From assembly GCA_054661495.1 (NCBI GenBank), contig BAAFSQ010000397.1, forward strand, positions 1 through 7,880: a DNA stretch of 7,880 nt, written 5' to 3'. The notes under the pieces were generated by a model that worked only from the letters and a program-made list of their open reading frames with translations, searched no databases and was not told the origin of the DNA. The stretch comes from Zygophlyctis sp. KS116. Its lineage: Eukaryota > Fungi > Chytridiomycota. The position numbers and the translations under genes are program-made. This document shows, piece after piece, positions 1 to 7,601 of this stretch (position 1 is the stretch's first letter; every line of letters starts with the position of its first letter).

Positions 1-594
1 CCACCTCTTTATTCGAAGATAGATCTTAAAGGGGCTTTTAACTTACTCCGTTTATCTAAAGGTTCAGAAAATTTATCTACATTTGTCACAAAATACGGTA
101 AATACAAATATCATGTTATACCTTTTGGGCTGAAAAATGCACCAGGGCATTTTCAGGATGTCATGAATCGCATTTTTCATGATTTTATCGGTCAAGGATT
201 ATGGGTTTATATTGACGATATACTAATTTTATTACAGAAGGTATTGACACTGTTAAGAGAGAACGCCTTAATAGCCAACCCTGATAAATGTCAATTTATG
301 GTAGACGAGGTCCGATTTTTGGGATTTCAGCTCACGAGAGAAGGATTGAAAATGGTTGATTCGAAGGTTGAAGCAATACTTGCTTTTACTGCACCGAAGT
401 CTGTGAAACAGTTGCAATCTTTCTTAGGAATTTGTAATTTTTATCGGTCCTTTATCCCAAATTATACAGAAATATGCGGCCCATTATTAAAATTATTGAA
501 GAAAGGTTCTAAATTCTCTTGGCAGGATGATGCAAATCGTGCATTCCATAATCTCAAACAACTATTCAAATCGGGTATCATTCTTCGATTACCT
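1..594 (+). pseudogene. pol: Element A reverse transcriptase (C-terminal part) and connection
   Basis: Frame open from base 1: YSKIDLKGAF, PFGLKNAP, WVYIDDILI, KCQF..V.FLG, QLQSFLGICNFYRSFI. Ten codons are missing after YIDDILI relative to element B; frameshift at ~593. Confidence 0.95.
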
Positions 595-952
595 ATATTG
601 TGATGCGTCAAATCATGCCATTGGAGCAGCTTTGCACCAGTACGCACCTAATGGATTTCTGCAGCCAGTTGCCTTTTTCTCTAGAAAGTTGACAGATTCT
701 GAAAAAAATTATGCTATCTATGACAAGGAGCTGTTAGCCATAAAGGAACCTCTATCTCATTGGCGTCATTTATTGATCAGTACCAGCAAACCAATCCTAA
801 TTTACTCTGACCATGACAATCTCACATATTTTAAATCATCTCAAAAACTTAATCAGCGTCAAGCAAGATGGCAACAATTCTTATCTGATTACAATTTCAC
901 TATAAAATATATATCCGGCTCCAAGAACAAAGTAGCGGATGCTCTTTCTCGA
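593..952 (+). pseudogene. pol: Element A RNase H
   Basis: YCDAS..AIGA, PVAFFSRKL...EKNYAIYDKELLAI, SDH.NL, RQARW, NKVADALSR; all catalytic acidic residues visible. Confidence 0.95.
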
Positions 953-1099
953 AGATCTGATTTCATAACTACCTCTATACATGAATCTGTTCTCCTGCCT
1001 ACCTCACATTTTATTAATTCAATTGAGGGCTCTGTTGTTGAATCGCATTTGCTCGAACAGGTGGCAGTGCACGACCCTTCAAAAGTTGTCTATTCTATC

Positions 1100-2423
1100 T
1101 GGCCTGTGTTCATGTACCAATATTTAGTTCATAAAATCATACCAGATACCTTGCCTCCTCGATTTAAGCGTCGAATTCAAAAGAAAAAAGACTCATTTCA
1201 AGTTTCCAATGGCAGTTTATACCGTTAAATTCAATTTAATGGACAATTGGTTGCTGTGCCTTATCTTTATCATGCCCACAGAAACGAGATTATGAAACAG
1301 ACTCATGAAACTCTGGGACATATTGGATTACGAGCGACATTTCCTTCTTTATTAGTCCAGTATTGGTGGTCAGGGATTCGAGCAGATTATGATATGTTCT
1401 GTAAAAAATGTCGATCGTGTCAGTTCAATAACTCCTCTACTCGCCCAAAATTACATCCTCGACACCCCCTTCCTGATCCTGGAGTACCCTTTCATACTTG
1501 GCACCTAGATTTTATTCAAGATTTACCTGTTTCTGAATCAGGAAATAATCAGATTCTCATGGCAGTTGATCGTTCTACTCGCTATTCAATTGCTATAGCT
1601 CTTCCCTCCAGAGAAACATCTAATGTACTAGGATTTGTTCACCGCCTGTCGACGAAGTTTGGAGTTCCCAGCCGCATCATTACGGACCGGGCGGCCTATT
1701 TCATGAATGAATTTGCAGAATATTGTAAATCACAAAATATCCAGCTAGATCATTCTACATCTTATCATCCGCAGACCAACGCGCTTGTAGAACGAACAAA
1801 CGGAATTTTAGAAAACATTTTACGCAAATCATGTAATGGAATATGGTCTAAATGGGACGTCTTTCTAGATAGTGCAATTTTCACTATTCCGTTACAGGAT
1901 TCTCGCCGTTCTACTTGGCTCACGGAATCAGCCCAAGGTTACCTATTCAAGATGAACCTCCAAAAATATTTAATGAATTAGAGAATTTTGGACAATATCG
2001 GGCTGCTGCCTTATTCCGGTCTAATACTCAGGCAAAACACATGGCTGAAACGTACAATGCAACACATAAGACTCTTGCCAATCGTTTTGAAGTGGGTGAA
2101 TTTGTAAAACGTCTGCGTAAACGTATGCCTTCTGTAATGATTCCTAAACTGGCTACCAGATGGGAAGGACCTTTTATCGTCCATACTGTAGGACCTCACG
2201 ACTCTTATGTATTGAGGAAACCGAATGGGGAACTTAGGATCCTGTCAATGCTAACCACTCAGCGCCGTTTATTGGTGTTCCAGATTTAAATGTAAATAGA
2301 CTTTCACAGTCTTCCCCTTCAAGTGTAATTATGCTAAAAAGTCGGATTCTCTCTTCTGGATACTGTTGCATTCTATCTGTTTCTCGTATCCTTCGGGAAG
2401 GCGGATGTGCTGTCAATCAGTGA
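1100..2423 (+). pseudogene. pol: Element A integrase (pre-IN linker, HHCC, DDE core, GPF/SH3-like module, tail)
   Basis: HETLGH...CRSC; LDFIQD, ITDR, HPQTNALVER; RWEGPF. In-frame TAA at 1226-1228, frameshifts at ~1886 and ~2237; tail frame DPVNANH...LREGGCAVNQ ends at TGA 2421-2423 inside the LTR. Confidence 0.93.
2395..2405 (+). promoter_or_regulatory. Polypurine tract of element A
   Basis: GGGAAGGCGGA just upstream of the LTR start, at the same position and encoding the same EGG as element B's GGAAGGGGGGG. Confidence 0.75.
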
Positions 2424-2665
2424 TTGCTTATTAAATTATCAGTCTATAAGATACATTTAATCTTATCTCTCTTATTGGTATATAATCTTATTAGAACTAT
2501 TATGCTTTAGAACCTTCTAGCTTTAGGTCATCGCGTTAGGTTGAAACACGTCGGACCTTTTCCTTTGTAGAAAATATCAATAAAGATATTTACTATTAAG
2601 GCAATTTACTCAATAAAGATATTTACTATAAAGGGTTTTATCTGAGGTTAAGTTTAGATCTCACA
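2411..2665 (+). repeat. Putative 3' LTR of element A (alternative start 2406)
   Basis: Begins TGTCAATC after the PPT, ends GATCTCACA (imperfect terminal inverted repeat), contains AATAAA and a U5-like TCTGAG hairpin resembling element B's. The partner LTR is not in the window, so the ends are inferred. Confidence 0.65.
2577..2634 (+). repeat. Direct repeat in LTR A duplicating AATAAA
   Basis: TCAATAAAGATATTTACTAT(T/A)AAGG at 2577-2601 and 2610-2634; 24/25 identical, period 33. Confidence 0.9.
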
Positions 2666-2675
2666 GTGATTGTTA

Positions 2676-2679
2676 AGGA
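2676..2679. repeat. Left target-site duplication of element B (AGGA)
   Basis: AGGA immediately precedes TGTTACG at 2680 and recurs at 7805-7808 immediately after CGTAACA. Confidence 0.8.
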
Positions 2680-2889
2680 TGTTACGTCTTAGAGACTCAC
2701 TACTATGATGTTCTAGGGTATATAGCTAGGTCCGGGCGTAGCACGCTTATTATGCTTGTGATTGATATTGAGGCTTGTTGGAACTCATGATTGATTAATT
2801 GATGCTTCGATCTTTTGTACTTTTTAATACAAAGTATTTTTGGTTGTTACTCTTATTTTATACCGTCTGAGCTACTCCAGACCGTAACA
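2680..2889 (+). repeat. 5' LTR of element B (210 bp)
   Basis: Perfect 7-bp terminal inverted repeat TGTTACG/CGTAACA; matches 7602-7804 with 4 substitutions (C2733/T7652, A2771/C7690, C2808/A7723, G2834/T7749) and one 4-bp GATT indel. Confidence 0.97.
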
Positions 2890-2891
2890 TT

Positions 2892-2902
2892 TTAAAAAGT
2901 AC
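2892..2902 (+). promoter_or_regulatory. Putative self-priming primer-binding site (Tf1-type)
   Basis: TTAAAAAGTAC, 2 nt after the LTR, is the exact reverse complement of GTACTTTTTAA at 2817-2827; no TGG-starting tRNA PBS is present. Confidence 0.75.
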
Positions 2903-3056
2903 CTCTCAATAGTTTTGAAGAAATCTATTTACCAGTTTACTAAAGTATAAACTACAAAATCGATCTTTTGTCTCTCTCTGATCCTTCTTATACGCCACCA
3001 AGGACACAAGTACCTGATGTGGGTGAAGTCTCAATCAGATACAAGTGTTGTACTCT

Positions 3057-3930
3057 ATGGTGCAGACTTTGACAGAGCAAGTTGCTGATTTGTCACGTTT
3101 GTCTCAAAGAAGTAGTTCAATTGATAAAGTACCTAAGTTAGTGATTCCTCCTTCATATGATGGCTCCGCCGAGGATTTCGATTTTTTCTAGGGTGATGTC
3201 AATGATTATCTCTCAGTTAAGGCAAACTCTTTCTCTAATGATTCAGCGAAAATTATATTTGTGTCAGGTCTGTTGAAAGGAAGTGCAAAAATTTGGTTTC
3301 AGGCGCTCAGAGAAAGATCTAAAACTTTTAATGTACGGGAGCTTTATGATTTTAATTCCTTCTCTATTAGTTTCAAAGAACACTTCATGAATCGAGAAGC
3401 AAGAGCTCATGCTAAAGCAACGCTTGATAAATTGCGTCAAGGTAAAATAGCAATGCACGATCACCTTGCTACAGCAGAATCACTTTTGATCCAATCAGGC
3501 ATTGATGTTTTCTCTGAATATGGAATTGAATGTATTATTAAGACTCTTAATCCAAATGTCAAGCTTGATTTAAAGAATACCTTTATTATAAGAAATGAAT
3601 GGAAGAACGATTGCAGTGCAATCAAGAACTATCTGAAACAAAAGGAATCAAATAGATTGGTATCCCTAGAAAATGATGGTTTAAAGGTTTCCATTCATGG
3701 AGATACTGCTGATTATGACCCAATGGACCTAAGTAGTTTTTCTGGGAATGAGAATAAGTTTAAATGGGCTTCTTTGGAAGGAGAAAAATGGAAACTTTTG
3801 AAAGATGTCCTGCTTAAAGTGAAGTGTTGTCTGGTATGCAGAGATTACGTTGAATTCGGTCACCAAGAAAATTCAACATGCAAATTTAAATTCAAAAAAT
3901 TTGAAGAAATCTTTGGGAATAGAGCTTATG
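3057..3930 (+). pseudogene. gag: Element B gag (capsid-like region, PMDL motif, variant CCHC knuckle); boundaries approximate
   Basis: PPSYDG...D.AKIIFV.GLLKG.A..WF, L.KLRQG, DPMDLS, CLVC-X7-H-X5-C; in-frame TAG at 3189-3191. The true start may lie upstream of 3057. Confidence 0.85.
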
Positions 3931-3974
3931 AATCTTACGGGTTTTTGAATAGTTTAAAATCTCCCTCACAGTCC

Positions 3975-4310
3975 CCACTTGTTGTGCAGATTGAAGTATC
4001 TGGAGCAACAATAGACGGAATGATTGATACTGGAGCTTTGGGGAACTTGTTTAGAACTCAAGAAACTCTAAAAAGATGTCGAATTCTACATTCTGTAAAA
4101 ACTTAACCCATCAAGCTAATATCATTTGGTGGAAGTGTGGAACAAATTGTTGATAAGAAAGTTAAATTAGAATTTTGTATTCGAGGGAGGAAGTATCAGG
4201 ATTATTTCTTAGTTCTCTCTAGCAACTCAAGTAACATCATTGTGGGTTTGGAATGGCTAGAAAAGCACAATGTGATAATCGACTGTAGAGTAAAAAGCAT
4301 TAATTTTAAA
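3975..4310 (+). pseudogene. pol: Element B aspartic protease, in frame with gag
   Basis: GMIDTGA (DTG at 4026-4034) and IIVGLEWLEKHNVIID; in-frame TAA at 4104-4106. Confidence 0.9.
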
Positions 4311-4467
4311 GAAGATCCTAAAGGGAATTCAGATAAAGACGTAGCTGCAGTAATGGTTTCGCTTGGAATGTTGAAGAAGATATCAAAGATAGACAAGTTA
4401 TCTGTTTACTCAATGTCTTTAGATATTTCGGCTACAATGGTTGTTCGAGCTCCTAACCATCAAAACT

Positions 4468-5619
4468 GTTCTCCCAACGTATCTGAAGCAATACCAAACT
4501 GTTTTTGATCTTAATCGCCTCCTCCACAAGCCACTCTACAAGGCAAAGATTGCGATGCCTATAGATCTTATTTCTGGTGCAGAATTACCTAAATCTGTTC
4601 CATATAAACTGTCTCTGAAGGAGGAAGCTGCTCTCAGAAAGGAAATAGAAGAGGGACAAAAATCTGAAAAAATTGAAAGGTCTGATGCAATAAATAAAAA
4701 GTTTTAAAAATTTTATGATCATTTATTCTAAGACAAACTAACGACGGAGCCGCGCCGGTGCCCTAATTAGAACCTCCACCTTCCTTCACTTTCCAGGATT
4801 TGAACCCCACACCCGGTGATTTTCCATATGAATTACTAATTGAACTGATTTATTAGAAGTACTAGGCTTTTCTGACTTTCCCTCACCATGTTCTTAGTCA
4901 AATGATGCATTAAATGGATGTCCTGTTCTTTTTGTTAAAAAGCCGGATGGTTCTCTTCGCCTTTGTGTTGATTATAGAAAGTTAAACCACCTAACCAAGA
5001 CAGTTCAAGCTATACTCCCAAATATTGAAGATATTATTTCTTCTCTTCCAGCTACGAACAAGCCTTTATACTCTAAAATCGATTTAAAGGGAGCATTCCA
5101 TCAGATCCGCATTAAACACGGGGACGAAAATTAAACGACATTTGTTTCTAAATTTGGCAAATACAGATATAATTTGGATGCAATATGCTTAGATGACATT
5201 ATAATATACGAAGTGGACCCTCGCCTACATCGAAAGCTGTTGCAAGAAGTATTGGATATCTTAAAGAAGCATTCTCTAGTAGCTAATCTGGATAAGTGTC
5301 TTTTTGAAGTGGATACAATTGATTTTTTGGGGTACCGATTGGGACCACAAGGAATGTCTATGCAAGAAGAAAGGTTCATGCAATATCAAATTTCCAGCCT
5401 CCTAAATCAGTGAAAGGAGTACAGCGATTTTTAAGGCTTTGCAACTATTATAGGATTTTCATTAAAAACTATTCCTCTAAAGCAGCCCCCTTATTTGAAT
5501 TGTTAAAGAAGTCTAGCGAAAAGTTTACTTGGGGAGAAGCCACCAAAGTTGCATTTGACAATTTAAAAAAATCATTTACGGATGGATCTTTTCTAGTTTT
5601 ACCAGATAGGAAAACCCAA
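4468..5619 (+). pseudogene. pol: Element B reverse transcriptase, interrupted
   Basis: LPTYLKQYQTVF, PYKLS, [insert], GCPVLFVKKPDGSLRLCVDYRKLN (4916 onward, missed by the ORF track), YSKIDLKGAFHQ, CLDD in place of YxDD, VQRFLRLCNYYR. TAA at 5132-5134, ~27 codons including PFGL missing at ~5170, frameshift ~5371. Confidence 0.93.
4696..4902 (-). mobile_element. 207-bp non-coding insertion with 13-bp target duplication; candidate tRNA-derived SINE
   Basis: Flanked by TGATGCA(A/T)TAAAT at 4683-4695 and 4903-4915; excision restores IERSDAINGCPVLFVKK in frame. Minus-strand B-box GGTTCAAATCC at 4806-4796. The insertion is well supported; the SINE identity is tentative. Confidence 0.6.
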
Positions 5620-5977
5620 TTTCTTTTATATACAGATTGTTCAAAGCAAGCCTTAGGTGCACCAGAAAGACAAATCTGGCCTAGAGAGACCAGTGGCATT
5701 TTATAGCAGGACTCTTACACCCGCAGAAACAAATTATCCAATTTATGATAAGGGGTTGCTGGCCATTAAAGCCTCCCTTGCCCACTGGAGACACCTATTG
5801 GTTCATACCGATATTCCGGTCCAGATCCTAAGTGATCACAAAAATCTAACTTATTTTAAAAAACCCCAGTTATTGAACGAAAGACAGGCAAGATGGAGCG
5901 AATTTCTGGCTGATTTCAATTTTGTTTTAGCTTACATACCTGGAAAATTCAATATCGTAGCTGACTGCCTTTCAAGA
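5620..5977 (+). pseudogene. pol: Element B RNase H
   Basis: FLLYTDCS..ALGA / frameshift ~5660 / PVAFYSR...NYPIYDKGLLAI (catalytic Glu replaced by Gly, 5753-5755), SDHKNL, RQARW, VADCLSR. Confidence 0.93.
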
Positions 5978-7380
5978 TCTGATTCAAATACAGATCCTGG
6001 GAGTAAATCTCTTCTCCATACGTGAATATCGGCAATCGGAGATGATGCCCCGCAATCAAATATTCAGGAGATTAGTGCTGATTCACTTTTTGATTTGTCA
6101 TTCTTAAGAGAAGAACGTGCACAAAGTTTGTCTGAAAATTTAGTATTGCAAGACCCAACTAAAACCACCATGGAAAACTGGCCTATATTCTTTATATATA
6201 CCCTTAATAATCGTGAACTGCCGCACTTATTACCTGAGATGTTTAAAAAGTTGTTGAAAATGAATAAGAAATTGATGTATATAAAGAATGGGAAACTACT
6301 ACGGAAAATCAAATATTTGAATGTATCTTATTGGGTTCCTTATGTGGTTGAAAGCGAAAGAATCAAAATGGTAAAACAAATGCACGAGATACTCGGCCAC
6401 TTGAGCACTGACTCTATCTTTGACTCTCTAAGGACCCGGGGGTGGTGGCCGCAGCAGCTGAAGACGTTGAAAGATGTAGTGGCCTCTTGTAGCGTTTGTC
6501 AATTAAATCGCAGTAATCGATCAAGCGGTGAGCCAACAATCCCTATTCCTCCTGTTGGTTTACCATTTTATAGATGGTATATTGACTTTATACAAGACTT
6601 GGAAGAAACAGCGAACAAAAATTGTAATATTATCGTTGCGGTAGATCATGCTACTAGATTGTAGTAGCCCAGGCAGCTCAGGACCGCACAGCTAAAACGG
6701 TAGCAAAATTTCTATTTCAGCTGATGATGCGTTATGGAGCGCCGAAGGAAATTATAAGTGATAGAGCCTCAGTATTCATGAGCGACAACTTAGACGAATA
6801 TCTTAGAATTCAGGCCATAAATCATTTGCCCACTACTCCATACCACCCACAGACTAACGGGATGGTGGAAAGAGTGAACGGAACATTGGGAAAAATGCCG
6901 ACAAAAATGACTCTCGGGACTCGCAGAAAATGGGATGAGTTCGTGCAGTCAGCAGTATTTATATTTAATGCAAGGAAACATGCAGTGACTGGTTTTTCGC
7001 CTTTCTATCTTGTTTATGGATTAAATCCCAGACTGCCAGGGGACAGTTTTCCACCGTGTATCTATTCCACAAATAATAGTGATGTGTCTTTGGAAACTAC
7101 ACGTGAATTGACCAGGCTGGGACAATACAGGGCACTAGCATTAAGAAAATCCCAAGAAAATGCTTAAGTCTACGCCAACTCAGGCACAAATTACCAAACA
7201 TTCGAAATTGGGGAATTTGTTAAGCTAAAGAATTATACAAAGCAGAAATTTCAATATAAGTGGAAAGGGCCTTTTATAATTTATAAGATCGGACCACATA
7301 ACACATATTATCTCAAAAAATCAGATGGAACTGAATTAAAGAATCCGCATAATGGAAAGTTTTTATCTTCCTGGATAAGC

Positions 7381-7397
7381 TTAGGGTTAGGGTTAGG
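7381..7397 (+). repeat. Interstitial telomere-like tract TTAGGGTTAGGGTTAGG
   Basis: About 2.8 perfect copies of TTAGGG read directly. Confidence 0.75.
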
Positions 7398-7590
7398 CAA
7401 ATTCAAATAATGAATTAACCCGCACCCCTGAAGTAATTGGGAATTCGGGAGGAGGGACTGAGATGGAGATTCAGAAAATAAGTTGCAAAGCAAATCTAAA
7501 GCAAGAAGTTAAAAAGGTGACTTTTAATGATGCCATTCAAATCAAAATAGTCAAGAGATACAATAAAAATGAAACCCCGGTAAATAATCT

Positions 7591-7601
7591 GGAAGGGGGG
7601 G
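7591..7601 (+). promoter_or_regulatory. Polypurine tract of element B
   Basis: GGAAGGGGGGG abutting the 3' LTR. Confidence 0.92.

Larger units (their letters stand above)
1..2665 (+). mobile_element. Ty3/Gypsy LTR retrotransposon, element A (5' part outside window, degenerate)
   Basis: RT-RNaseH-integrase order diagnostic of Ty3/Gypsy, followed by a purine tract and a TGT...ACA LTR-like segment. Confidence 0.95.

Noticed and set aside
2414-2672. CAGTGATTG at 2418-2426 and 2664-2672 as a TSD, and the CAATCA-G-TGATTG palindrome
   Set aside because: A 9-mer match that overlaps the inferred LTR ends and bounds no identifiable element; chance cannot be excluded.
4430-4470. Programmed frameshift between protease and RT
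   Set aside because: No clear slippery site, and the copy has many other accidental frameshifts; cannot be judged without sibling copies.
4790-4855. Functional tRNA gene on the minus strand
   Set aside because: Only box motifs are recognisable; I could not form acceptor or anticodon stems, and the T-stem pairs for only 3 bp.
4696-4902. Intron, MITE or hammerhead-bearing retrozyme as the identity of the insert
   Set aside because: No GT-AG ends at the boundaries defined by the duplication, no terminal inverted repeats, and no CUGANGA...GAAA core found by eye.
462-7493. Nine short minus-strand ORFs (462-647, 2011-2199, 2234-2416, 3264-3464, 4202-4396, 5131-5379, 5469-5699, 6064-6312, 7308-7493)
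   Set aside because: All 60-82 aa, antisense shadows of gag/pol, with no recognisable motifs.
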